The notes beneath the pieces were generated by a model. The model was not told where the DNA came from and ran no database searches. It worked only from the letters and a program-made list of their open reading frames with translations. A stretch of 64,000 bases of DNA, from the NCBI RefSeq assembly GCF_009914755.1, contig NC_060937.1, one strand, 5' to 3'. This DNA is from the human T2T-CHM13v2.0 reference genome, Homo sapiens. Below are positions 1 to 14,761 of the stretch, piece by piece (positions within the stretch are counted from its first letter, which is position 1; every line of letters begins with the position of its first letter). Both the position numbers and the translations under genes were made by a program.

Positions 1-1844
1 AGAAGCCAGAGTGTGCTTCTCACAAAAGCCTGTGCAACCTCCAATTTTATTCAAGAGCTAAAGAAACTAGCAGTCTCCAAGGCTCCAAGATTTAATTTCC
101 ATTGCATAGGATGCCCCTCACATCAGAATTAATCAGTTTTCATTTCCACTGTCCCATTTCCCTTTAGGAACCCTGTGGCGTAAACCTCAAAGTTAAACAC
201 AAATATTCATCCACTCAACCTGTTTTGAAGAGTTAAACATTCAGGGACATAAATCATTGGCAGTGATGGGTGCACACTGATTTGGGCACAATTCATCTCC
301 TTTGTCTAAATGTACAGAGTCTGTTTCAGCTTCTCCTGTGTTCATAATAGCCAGGGCTTTGCTCCAAGATATCAGGCCAAATGATCAGACATTTATGGTG
401 TTTGCTGCCTGTACACAGATGGAACACATGTTGATTTTGTTTCTTTTTTTAAGAGGAAAACAATCAGATGTATGAAATGGCTTTTAGCCTCTTAATTTGC
501 TTTGGGTGACTTCCGTAACATTATCTAGGTATTTAGTTTTGCTACTTCTACAAACCTTCATTTGTTTTACTTCATTTGTTGATATCCTAGAGTTTTTAGA
601 AAATCACTTCTGAGGTTGTAATTTCCTGTTAACAATGTGAACAATTGTGGACCTATCTTCTTTGTTAATCTCTTGGTTTGTAGAAGTTTTGGGTATCCTT
701 AAAAGCAAAGTAAATGTCAGCGCCAGCTCCAGGATTGTGCCGTGTTTACAGAATTGGGTACTTGTTTGTTTGTGAAAAGATGGGCCCGGTGTTGCGTATC
801 CACAGTGGCTCAGATTTAGTCTTATGTGTGTGTGTTTATTTCCTATACTTGCTGTGGTACACTTCATGGATAAAGGATGGGGCTTCCCAGAGTGACTTTT
901 GTAGCAATAAAGGACTTAACGGTCTGCTTATCCTTTCTCTGTTTCTTGCTGTTTCAACCCTTAGCAAATTCTTGCAGTTGTTCCAGTTCAAAAAGTGGAC
1001 AAAGGATAGGGCAGTGCTCATTTTCAAATCCCTCTTTTAGGAGAGATTGGAGGAAAGCAGAGAGGATGAAATGTAGTTTAGAACCTTTCCTTCCCCAAGA
1101 TAATTAGCATTCTCTTCAAATTCATTGGTCTCTGGGGGATCTGTTCTACCTTTAAGTTGGCTCCAAACTGAATGCAGGTATTATAGGCAGAGAAGCTCGA
1201 GGGAGTTTGAGATGTGCCTTCAGAGCATAATAAATATCTTACTTAGGGTGTGTTTACTTAGTCCTAAAGGATTCAGCAAGTTTTTGAAGTCATAAATTAC
1301 TTCTCTTCAAATTTGATTGTACAAATAATATATTCCTTATAGATATTTTTTAAAGTTCATTTTGGATGTACAATTTAGAAATAATAGTATAGTTGTTTGT
1401 CTTTTTATTCTTGAGTGTTGGCAAACGCAGTGAGGAAAATATCATATGTGGTTCATTGCTGGAGACTAGTTTAAGGAAGAACCTAAATTAGCTACAGAAG
1501 TTAATTCTAACTTTGGTAGTGTCAGATAACAGGACTCCAACATGCAATGATGTTGCTGGTTTTTCTGGGTGTTGCTGTTGTTGACACTTAAGTCTGTATA
1601 AATCCTAGAGACAGTAATCTGCCCCAGCAAACACAGACTTCTGTGGAACAAGCTGCTGTATGTAGGAACCGACAAACTCTTCTCAAGTAGGTGTGTCTAA
1701 CTAAAATAAAACCACTGAGGAAAATGGCTTGATACTAAACTTCCCTAAACCAGGTAGGTGTGTTTTCTGTCCTTCTATGGTAATTGTATTAACCTCACCA
1801 AAATTTCTCTGAAAACACAGCCTTGAAATTGTTTGTATTCTTGC

Positions 1845-1966
1845 TTGTCTCCAACTGAACTGTAAGCTCCCTAAGGATTTTATTCACTGGTTAATACCTT
1901 GGGCATGACATTCCAATGTCTGAATGGGAGTAAGCATTTGAAATATTAGTGTATTGATTAATAAAT
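1845..1966 (+). mobile_element. L2 LINE 3' end fragment (degenerate)
   Basis: ctgaactgtaagctccctaagg...gtaagcatttgaaatattagtgtattgattaataaat resembles the L2 3' terminus. Confidence 0.5.
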
Positions 1967-2041
1967 AGGACTCCTTGTGTTAAAGCAAAACCTGACTCTT
2001 AAATACAGCTGACATTTTTCTAAATAGTTAAAATGATCAAC

Positions 2042-2320
2042 AATAATAGAATTCAGTTATTTATTATGTGTCTGACACTGTGCTAAGTACTTTTCATACC
2101 ATCTCTTTAAATCCTTACAACTGGTCAAACTAATGAGGCTCTGGCATCAGAAAAACCTGGGTTTAAACTTGTGGTCTGCCTCTTGTTAGCTCCTTGCAAT
2201 TAGTAGATCTATGTGAGGTACCAATCTTAATTGGCAAATAGGGCTAATAATAACTTTATCAAAGAATGCTGGGAATAACATTTATCTTTGCCTAGCATGT
2301 AGCTTGCACCCTTTAATTGT
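2042..2320. mobile_element. Two adjacent MIR fragments (minus then plus)
   Basis: tgtgtctgacactgtgctaagtactttt (MIR minus) followed by ggctctggcatcagaaaaacctgggtttaaac (MIR plus, tRNA-derived head). Confidence 0.55.
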
Positions 2321-3150
2321 TATTTCTGTGTTTAAGATCATTATATTCTTGGAGTCAGTGAATACCAGAAAATAATTTACCCATTTGGAACAGAAAAGGA
2401 AAGAAATTTTTCCTTTTACTCCACTAGTATCTTATTCTTATGTTTATCTAAATATCCATCTATTTATTCTAATATTGGTATAACCTAGCAGCTTTTAATC
2501 AGTTTGAATCTACTATATACGACCTCAGTTTCATAAAACTATTTAATAATTACTCTTGAACAGAATCCCTTCTAATTGTCATTGGTTTTTCATTCTACCC
2601 AAGATCTTTTGCCAGTTTTCTGATACCTCCTTGTTTGAGTATGCTGTGAGTTTGTTTAGATGGAATGTTGTTGCATGAGATCCTGACATTATGTGTACCT
2701 AACTCTGACTGTCCTACAAAGAATAAGAAAAAAATGCACTGTGATAACAGAGACAAAAGACAGTATGAGTGAATAGCCAGTCAGAAGAAATGCCAGACAT
2801 AAACAACTGGTGCCTGTAATACAACTACTGTAACCATACAAAACCCGGACATTTATATGTCTGTGCCAGCCGAGTGTCAGGCTAATGGTCAGTCACCTCT
2901 TTGACTTTCCTTGGTCTATGTATAAACAGGCAGAATTTATTAACAACTGTGACAAACTCTACTCAGACACTCTTCCCAATGGGGCTTTCTGATTATATTT
3001 TTATACCACTTAAAGTTTCTTTTCCTAGGAGCCAGGACTTAAGCAGAAACTGAAAGGACAGAACCATTATAGAAAATACATTAACCATAAAAATATTGCA
3101 ACTGCTTCATTAAAACTAAAGTTTTCTTGCCATTAAAAATGTCTTACTAG

Positions 3151-3452
3151 GGCCGGGTGCGGTGGCTCACGCCTGTAATCCTAGCACTTTGGGAGGTCGA
3201 GGCAGGTGCATCACGAGGTCAGGAGATCGAGACCATCCTGGCTAACACGGTGAAACCCCGTCTCTACTAAAAGTACAAAAAATTAGCGGGGCACGGTGGC
3301 AGGTGCCTGTAGTCCCAGCTACTCAGGGGGTTGAGGCAGGAGAATGGCGTGAACCTGGGAGGCAGAACTTGCAGTGAACCGAGATCGCACCTCTGCACTC
3401 CAGCCTGGGCGACAGAGCGACACTCCGTCTCAAAAAAAAAAAGAAAAAAAAA
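3151..3452 (+). mobile_element. AluY SINE, full length
   Basis: Starts GGCCGGGTGCGGTGGCTCAC; AluY diagnostics gagatcgagaccatcctggctaacacgg and gagaatggcgtgaacc; poly(A) tail; imperfect TSD aaaatgtcttactag / aaaagtcttattag. Confidence 0.95.
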
Positions 3453-3631
3453 GTCTTATTAGTATCCTATATAGGAATTAAAAAATATAAACAACTAAAG
3501 AATAAATCAACATTGTGGCCCAAACATTTGGGTCAACACCTCCTTATGAACAAATTTTAAAAATCTATGATCCTTAAGGAAAGTAGGTGCATCAGATGTC
3601 TATAAATGGCTGGAGTATGGTATTCAAAAAG

Positions 3632-4114
3632 TGTGAAGCGTCTCAGTTTCTACCCTGCTTGCAAGTTGACAAGGTATCCTGCCACAGCTTTACAGAAAAT
3701 GGTAGAAAATATGAGACTCCTGGGTCAGAGACAAAAGGCTTTGCTACTCATGTCACATCAAGCAGCACAAGCTTCGTTCCCACTGGTTCCTCGTGATCTC
3801 CAGATCCCGCAGGGCAATACAGATGGATATAGATGAATGCTGTGCAGGCAATATGTTTCTGTCTCAACTAAGGTACCCCAAACTGGGGAAACCCCACTCT
3901 TTTATAATAAGCAACAGGAAACCTGCTTAAACTTTAACCCAGTACTCTTGTCAGTAAACACACCTACCTTCTGCTCTGGAGGAAGACAGCTCTGTAAATA
4001 GCTATTCTCTATATAAACATCCTCAAAAAGATAGCCCAGTACAAAACTTGTCAGTGCATCTGCTTGCAAGATGTGCAGAAATGTGAGAAACCCTTGGAGA
4101 ATTCTCTCTCAACA
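3632..4114 (-). mobile_element. LTR40-family (ERVL) solo LTR
   Basis: Reverse complement begins TGTTGAGAGAGAATTCTCCAAGGGTTTCTCACATTTCTGCACATCTTGC, matching the recalled LTR40 5' end; TG...CA termini. Confidence 0.75.
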
Positions 4115-4575
4115 TGTAAGAGCCCGAGGAATCATCTGGCTGTGAACTAATACTGAAAAGAAGATTTGAGCTTTTCCCTATCAAATCAGACCACTTAGCA
4201 TCCTCTGTTTTTCTTTCTCTCTCTTTTAATGTACTGATGAATCTTCTTTTTTTCTGGAAAGAATCAGTGCCAATGGCCCTTCTGATGGAAACTGAATCTC
4301 TGAGATGCCAATTAACATTGCATTGCTGAGAGTAGTCAATTCTTTATTTGTTTTTCCAGCCAAGTTTCTGCATTTGAGCTTTAAAGGTTTTGTTTTCATG
4401 GTCTATAGCACAGGGGGAAAATGACAAAACCAACTAAATCCTCTATAAGCACCAGAGAAAGAAAAGCAAAAGCTTGCTGCTGAACCAATTTTATTTCCTT
4501 TTTTTGTTTTCCAAGCCCTGATTATTTATAGCTATTGTAGAAATCGGTAAAAGACAAATAAGACTAATAGTAGGT

Positions 4576-4597
4576 AAAAAAAAAAAAAAAAAAAAAA
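4576..4597 (+). repeat. Poly(A) mononucleotide run (22 nt)
   Basis: Directly visible; no attached Alu/L1 body or TSD seen. Confidence 0.9.
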
Positions 4598-5275
4598 GCT
4601 GGAATGACAACAATGGGTTAAAAAGAGAACTGAATTGTGTCAATGCAAAATGCATTTTGAAAGAACTTCAGAGAATCAGGTAGAGAAAAGGTCAGGATAT
4701 GATATTTCTGAGACCAGAAGTGAGCCATTGATGTGTCTTTATTACATTTCTATTTGTGAATCATTTCTCACTACTTCTTAATTATTTGTTTTTCATTTAG
4801 AAACTTGGTTTTATTATTTCAGCAAACTTTATATCACACTGCTGTTTCAAAAGAGAAATATATTAGTCTTAAATGTAGGCTTTGGCACAAGAGCTCATTA
4901 TATTTGAGCCATGTCAAATGTTAAGCTAAAAGAGGAGGAAAAAACTTGGTGTGACCAGGTTAATTTAATTAACCAGTTTCTTTCTTGAATTTGATAATCC
5001 CTATGAAAGCATATAACATTCTACCTATATATGCAGGAATCTTTTGCATAAGTTATTTGAAATATTTTAAAAGAAATCATTGTAATGTCAATGTATTGGG
5101 AGCCATTTTGCAAGATATACATATATTGATATTTTCACTTTTAATATCTATATAAAGAAATGAAGAAAATATAGTTAGTAAAGACCTTACATAATGTTCT
5201 GGAATGAAAAGATCTTCTATGGGTAATGCATTGGCAATTCTGATGTAAATCCCAGATAATTTCTCACCTAGGTAT

Positions 5276-5648
5276 CATAAAATTAAGTTTGTCCTAAAGC
5301 TCCCTCCTTGTAAGTTCAGTCTAAAGTTTTATCCATACATAAAGAACTGTAACCTAACTGTATGTGTGAACAGACTGTAACCTATTCTTGTAACAAGTAG
5401 CTGGGCCTCAGCCTGTCACAGAAGCCATACTGCAACCACTCACAGGCGGCCAGTTGTTCAAACCGTGTTCAAATAAGGCAAACATGAGCTGTAACCAATC
5501 CTGCTGTTTCTGTGCCACACTTTCCTTTTTCAGTCCATAAATCCTCTCTGATCACATAGCAATGCTGGAGTCTCTGAAACTATTCATTCAATAATCGTTC
5601 TTTTGTCAATTAAAATGCTAACTTTTGTCTAAAGTTTTTCTTTTATCA
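5276..5648 (+). mobile_element. MER57-family (ERV1) solo LTR
   Basis: aaattaagtttgtcctaaagct...gttcaaaccgtgttcaaataaggcaaac...gtctaaagtttttcttttatca matches the recalled MER57 consensus. Confidence 0.8.
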
Positions 5649-5707
5649 CTATGAATAAAAGATCTTTAATTATTGACCAATTTATCCATCCAAGGTCAGC
5701 TGTTACA

Positions 5708-6006
5708 TTTTGTTTGTTTGCTTTTTGAGGCAGGGTATCACTCTGTTGCCCAGGCTGAAGTGCAGTGACGTGATCATGACTCTGCAGCTTTGACCTCCCG
5801 GGCTCAAGCGATCCTCCCACCTCAGCCTCTAAAATAGTGGGGACTACAGGTGCATGCCACCATGTGTGGCTAATTATTGTATTTTTACTACAGACAGGGT
5901 TTCGCTATGTTACCCAGGCTGGTCTTAAACTCCTGGACTCGAGTGATCCACCTGCCTCGGCTTCCCAAAGTGCCATGATTACAGGTGTGAGCCACTGCAC
6001 CTGGCC
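5708..6006 (-). mobile_element. AluJ SINE
   Basis: gctcaagcgatcctcccacctcagcc (J diagnostic); degenerate TSD caaggtcagctgttaca / caaagtgagctcttaca. Confidence 0.9.
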
Positions 6007-6960
6007 TCAAAGTGAGCTCTTACAATACAGCTTGTTTTCATGTAGCTGTTATATAAATAGTGTATTCATATACATGAAGGACACTGACAGTCTCATCTGT
6101 TTTTATATCTAACGTTAATCGGAGTTAAATAAATTTTATTTCTGATTTTGTTGTTTCCTCAACTCCTTCTACTTTTCATATTGCTTTAAAGCAAGAGAAA
6201 AAGATAAAACTTTTAAAATTCTTTCTCTTTCCTAGTTATATGACATGCAGATAATGCCTTGACCATTAAAAATATTTTTACATCCTATAATTTAGGATGT
6301 ATGTTTTCTTTATGTGAAGAGATGCTAAATGGCAACCAAAGTACTACAGATTAAATAAACTACTTCGCAATTTTATAGCAAAGAGTGTTTGTGGTACATC
6401 TAAATGATTTTCAAATTGTGCTTTCAGGGACCAGAACAGATTTGCTTTCAAAATGAAGGTAGCTTTAAAAAGCACTGTGTAAACCTTGCTGGTTTACCAA
6501 AGGAGCTAGTTAAGGTCCCTTTGAGGACACTTAAAAAGATTTTAAGAGAAATCAGCAATTAATTATTGAAAATTATACACCTAAAAACTATAGCTTCAAA
6601 GGACAAAGAGCTCAGATTAAGGCAGGCAGGTAACAAAGTGATTCCCTTCTGATTAGGAGAAAACACAGGCGTAGCAGTTCCAATGGCATGTAAAGGGCAA
6701 GTAGAATTTTGAACAGATTTCTGTTCTTGCCATGGTTTGAAAGGAAAAGAGAGATAGATGCACATTCCTGAAAACACCAAGTGGGCAAATATTCAGGAAA
6801 GGCCATTAAAATTCTTCTTAGAAATAAAAATATTCATGAATCAAATACTCTCATTGGAGAGCAAAGACTTCAGGGATCTTTAGACCCTGTAGAACAGACT
6901 ATGAATCTTAAGACAACTTCTGAGCAGCCTAGAAAAGAACTCCAGCTTAGAAAAGGATTT

Positions 6961-7130
6961 CAGGATTTCTCAAACATTAATGCACGTTTGAATCACTTGG
7001 GGATTTTCTTAGATGTAGGTTCTGACTTTGTTGTTCTGGGGTTGGGCCCATGATGCTGCATTTCTGACAAGCTCTGATGTCACAGGTTGATGCCAGCGGT
7101 GTTAATGTGAGGACCCACTTTGAGCAGAAA
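6961..7130. mobile_element. MER5 (hAT-Charlie) DNA transposon fossil
   Basis: caggatttctcaaac...gaatcacttggggat...ctgcatttctgacaagctc...cactttgag. Confidence 0.75.
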
Positions 7131-7139
7131 AACATTAGA

Positions 7140-8040
7140 TAGTGGCTGAAAGTCAATTGACCTTAGATGTGTGGGTCTCCTTCTGAACTCTATATTCTAT
7201 TAATCTATATGCAGTATTTACCATTCTTCTGATCATATGAACTAAGTTACTAGCTTTACTAAAATCAGGTACTATAAGTCTTCAAAGTTATAAAAATTTT
7301 TCCTTTTAAAATTGTTTCAATTATTCTAGAATGTTTGTATTTACATGTGAATTTTATACTGAGCTTGCTGAATGGTTTCTATTGCAAAATTTCTTCTGGT
7401 TAAATTATAATGGTCTTAAAATCTGTAGATCAATTTGGAGTTAATGAAATTTCAATTTGGTTTAAGTTTACATTTCCCCAAAGACTAATGATGTTGGACA
7501 TCTTTTAATATGCTTTTTGTCATTTATACATTTTTTTCTAAAATGTTCATTCAAAATTTTCCCGTTAAAATTAGTTGTTTTTTGTATACGATCATGTTGT
7601 GTATATCTTTATTCTGGATACAAGTCTTTTGGAAGATATATATTTTGAATACATTTTCTAATATGTGATATGCCTATGAATTGCTTTAATAGTGTCCTTT
7701 AAAGAGCCAATTTTTAATTGATAATGTCACCAATATAAAGTGTGTTCATACTCTTTGTTTTTTATCTAAGAAACTTCAAGGTTAAGAAAATTTTTCATCT
7801 TTATTCTTCAAAAAGATGAATGGCTTTACCGTTTACATTTAAAACTATTACTACTTTGGATTGATTTTTACATACACGATGAGGTAAGGGTCAATACTTT
7901 TTTTTCCATGTGAAATATAAATACCCAGTTGTTCCAACCTCATTTGTTTAAATGTTCGCACTTTCCTGAATAAATTATCTTTAGCATAATTATAAAAAAT
8001 CAATCGATGTATATATATGTTTATTTCAGGGCCATATATT
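7140..8040 (-). mobile_element. Old L1M ORF2 fragments (two pieces, about 7140-7450 and 7455-8040)
   Basis: Antisense L1 motifs such as ctgtagatcaatttgg, catttccccaaagactaatgatgttg and cccagttgttccaacctcatttg. Confidence 0.75.
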
Positions 8041-8074
8041 TGGACTTAAGGTTAGATTAACATTTTAAAAAGTA

Positions 8075-10320
8075 ACTGAATCAGTTCACCATGTTAATAC
8101 TAAAAGAGAAGAAAACATATGATCAACTCAATAGTTGCAATATATTATTGATCAAAACTCAGTATCCGTCTGTGATATAACTCTCAGCAGATTAGGAATA
8201 GATAAATCTGATAAAGATCATCTATAAAAACTGTACAGCTAACATTATATTTAATGATGAAAGACTGAATGATTCTCCCTAAAATTAGGAAAAAAAGATG
8301 TCCACTTTTATCATTTTTATTCATTATTGTATGTTCTAGCCTGTGTTTTAATAAAGAAAAAAATAATAAGAGGTATCCAGAATGAAAAGAAAAAAGTAAA
8401 ACCCTGTTTATTTCCATATGACATGATTATATAGGTAGAAAATCCAATGGAATATACAAAAATAATATTAGAAATAACTAATGAGTTTAGTAAGTTTCCA
8501 GGATACAAGATGTATGCACCAAAATCAAAAGTATTTTTATATGCAAGCAGCAAATAATTTGAAATGAAAAAAATTTATAAAACAGAGAAAAGAAAGAGAT
8601 TTGTAGATATATTTATACATAGAAAACAACAAAACACTGTTGAAAAAATTAAAGAACTAAAGAAATGGATAGCTCTATTGTATTCATTGGTCAGAACCCT
8701 TCTTACTATTAAAATATCAATTGTTCCCAAATTGACCTGTACATTCGATGATATCCAACCACAATCTTAGCAGGCTTTTGGATGGAAATATACAAACTTA
8801 TTTAAATGTTTGTAAATAACTTAATCTAACTTATTTATATTTAAATGCACAGGACCTAGAATAATCAAACCACGTTGAAAACAACAAAATTGGAGGAGTA
8901 GCACTACATAACTTATGAATTACTATAAAGCTACAGTAATCAATAATGTCTGCTGGTGGTCTCAAGAGAATGACAAATAGATCAATGGAACAAAATGAAG
9001 AACCTTGAGGTATAGCAACATATATATGGTCATTAATTTTGACAAAAGTTAAAAGCCATTCAATGGAGAAAAGCTCCATTTTCAACAAATGGAGCCAGAA
9101 GAATTAGACATCTATATGCAAAAAACTAACCTCTTCATGTAAGCCACACAATGTAGAAACAAAAGCCCTCAAACTTGGTAGACCTAAGTGAAATCCCAAA
9201 GCTATAACGCTTCTAGGAGAAATATGGAAAATAATTTTGTAAACATGGGTTAAAATCTCTTAGACACTCTTCAGACATGATACACTAAAGAATAAATTGG
9301 TAAATTTGACTGTATCAAAAATAAAATTGTGTTTTCAAAAAATAACATTAATAAAATGAAAAGACAAACATGGGAAATTATTTGGAAACAATCTATTTGT
9401 AAAATAATTTGTATGCAAAATATATAAATAACAATCAAACTCAGCAATAACAAAATAAACAATCCAATAAAAATGGGCCAAAAAATTGAATGGCCACTCC
9501 ATCAAGGAAGAGATATGAATGGCAAGTAATAAATATTAAAACTTTTTCAACATTACTAGTTATTAGGGAAATGCAAATTAAAACCACAATGAAATAGCAG
9601 TACATCAGAACAGATAAAATTCAAAAAATAAAAACAAAAACTGACTATATAAAATATTGAAAAGGACATGAAGCAACTGGAACTCTTATACAATGCTTGT
9701 GGGAATGTAATGCAAAAGGTACAACCACTTTGCAGCTTGGTCCTTTAAGGCTGAGCATATATCTACAGTATGACCCACCTATTCCACTTGTAGGTATTTG
9801 CTCTAAAGAAGTGATAGTATAAGTTCACATAAAGTTATGTACATCAATGTTCATAGCAGCAGTTAAAAACTGGGGAAACAGCGCAACTATCCATCAATAG
9901 GTGAATGGATCATCAAACTGTATACCAATTTAATGGAATATTAGGCATAAAAAAGGGTGAATTATTGATATATAACATAATAAAGATGAACTCAGTATTC
10001 TGAGGGTACATGAAAGAAGTCATACTAAAAAGAGTACTTTCTGTATCAATCCATGTATACAAATTTCTTGTAAGTACAAACGAATTAGTATTGGTGGAAC
10101 AAAGATCAGTTGCTTGTGAACCATGGACAGGACAAAGAGGAAGGGACAGAGGAAGAGGTTACAAAGGACATGGGGAAACATTTAGGATGATAGCTATGTT
10201 AATTATCTTAATTATGGTGATGCTTTTTATGGGTGTATACATATTAGAACTTACCAAATTTTTCACTTTCAATATGTGCATTTTATATCATTTATATGTT
10301 ATAAAGCTATTAAAATAAAA
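8075..10320 (+). mobile_element. Old L1M (L1MD/L1ME-like) 3' part: ORF2 remnant plus 3' UTR
   Basis: acagctaacattatatttaatgatgaaagactgaa, ggaaatgcaaattaaaaccacaatga, and an L1ME-type 3' UTR ending ataaagctattaaaataaaa; many stop codons. Confidence 0.85.
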
Positions 10321-10466
10321 ATTAAGTGCTTGGAATTATATCAAATCACAGTACTTTCCCCCATGTGTTTTATTTTGATCATTATCATTGGAGCTGCAAC
10401 TTGTATTTTAAAATACCAGCTATGAAGAGTAAAATCTGCAAGGTAATATACCACTTGCATTTTTTA

Positions 10467-12463
<1,997 letters not shown>

Positions 12464-14708
12464 CAATTCCTCAAGGATCTAGAACTAGAAATACCATTTG
12501 ACCCAGCCATCCCGTTACTGGGTATATACCCAAAGGACTATAAATCATGCTGCTATAAAGACACATGCACATGTATGTTTATTGTGGCACTATTCACAAT
12601 AGCAAAGACTTGGAACCAACCAAAATGTCCATCAATGATAGACTGGATTAAGAAAATGTGGCACATATACACCATGGAATACTGTGCAGCCATAAAAAAG
12701 GATGAGTTCATGTCCTTTATAGGGACATGGATGAAGCTGGAAACCATCATTCTCAGCAAACTATCGCAAGGACAAAAAACCACACACTGCATGTTCTCAC
12801 TCATAGATGGGAATTGAACAGTGAGAACACTTGGACACAGGAAGGGGAACATCACACACCGGGGCCTGTCGTGGGGTTGGGAGAGTGGGGACGGAAAGCA
12901 TTAGGAGATATACCTAATGTAAATGATGAGTTAATGGGTGCAGCACACCAACATGGCACGTGTATACATATGTAACAAACCTGCACGTTGTGCACGTGTA
13001 CCCTAGAACTTAAAGTATAATTAAAAAAAAAAATTTATAAGAGATCATCAGATTTACATTTAGAATTTCTGAATGAATTTTTAGAAATCAACAACTATTG
13101 AATCAGAAGGAAATAACTCAATGTGGAACAAATTCAGTACCTGAGGGGATGCAGGTTTTAATGGTAATCAGCTGAGTTCAGGTTTTTCCAAGGAAGCTTT
13201 CAGGAGTGGGTTTCCCTCTTGCCACAGACTTCTTTTTTACCTTCAGACTTTCAAGCTTCAACTAAGTATTGCACACAAAGAAAGAAACTTACTGCAGTAC
13301 TTGAGTGGGAATCAAGTAAACACTTTGGATCGACACCCATGGGTCTTTTTCTGCACCAAAGTACATACATGCCATTTCCATGCATCCTTCTACGTAAGCC
13401 TTTATATTAGATAGAAGATACAGGATAGCCAGTTATCCTTGAAATGAGTTTTATTCCTCCTAAATGAGTCATAGTCTTGGTATGCAAAATGACAGCACTT
13501 TATTGCCTCATGCAGTCCTTTAAAAACTAAAAATCAGAAATTCTACAGTTGTTTTGAGCCTAATAACAATAACTAATATGTATTGAATACTTTTTATGTA
13601 CCAACCATTTCTCATGTATTATTTCTTAATTGAGCCTCATATTACTTTTGCCCCAATTGTTAGGGATTGTGATATTTGTATTTTTTTGTCTTTATTTATG
13701 CATAGTGTTTTCATTTCATTTTCTTCCAAACGTCAAGGGCAAATGCATTGTTTATCCATAGAGACAACAGAAGCATTTTGTCATGTGGAAATTTATTGTG
13801 ATATAATAATACATTTGTATACCCCAGTGAGATAAATTTGAACTCATAGTCACCCCATACCAGAATCAAAATACTAAATGTGTGAAGCTTGTTTATTCTT
13901 ACATGTCAACATGTGCCAGATTATCCTACACAAAGTATGTAAAATTCATTTGCACAAGAACCATCAGATTCAGAATAAACAGTTTCAAAATGCATTAGGG
14001 TTAACACAGCAAAGAATTTGGTACTCAGTAGAGATGAACAGCATTGAAATGCCTGTTAACTGCCTCTTTACTGAGGAAGCACGTGCTATTTGGATGCTTT
14101 TTAGCATAGTAAATCTATTTCTATGCTTCAAACATAACATAACAAGAAAGACAACATGCTCTACTCTTAAGTTAAGAAAACATATGGGCATGATGCTGAG
14201 TTTTGATGATCCATTCAACCTGGAATTTAGCCTAGACATGATTCACTAAATCTTAGATTGAAAAGAAACAAAACAAACCTCATCCTCCACAGACTTGTGT
14301 TAAGTTTTGCTTTAGAAACAGATGGCAAAGTAGAAAAGCTGGCTGGAAATTGATTGAATTTGAAAAATCAGATGAGGAAAAATCAAGTAATTCACAAGTC
14401 CAATAGATTGTTTTGAGGTTTCAGGACTATTCTTCACAGAATACCCTCAAGAGTGTTTTGGCTTATGTCATTAGGAACAACAGGTGATTATCATTATTTC
14501 TTTATCCTTTCTTTCGGGAATCTTTCTTTCTATTCTGAAGGTCTCCACTCTCCAAAGTATTTCCAGAAACAAAGCACATATTTTATTGTCTCTTTACTTC
14601 ATGCCTTGAATTCTACTTGGATATTATTCTGACTCCTTAATGTGCATGCCTTACAACACTTGTAGATAGTTATCATGTCTGTCAACTTTAATCACTGCAT
14701 AGCCAGAC

Positions 14709-14761
14709 TGCATACACACACATGCATGCGTGCATGTGTGTGTGCACATGCACACACACAC
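14709..14761. repeat. Alternating purine-pyrimidine (CA/TG/GC) tract
   Basis: tgcatacacacacatgcatgcgtgcatgtgtgtgtgcacatgcacacacacac. Confidence 0.9.

Noticed and set aside
714-1040. 108-aa ORF with hydrophobic stretches, and similar hydrophobic ORFs across the window
   Set aside because: No recognisable homology; T-rich DNA produces F/L/I-rich ORFs by chance
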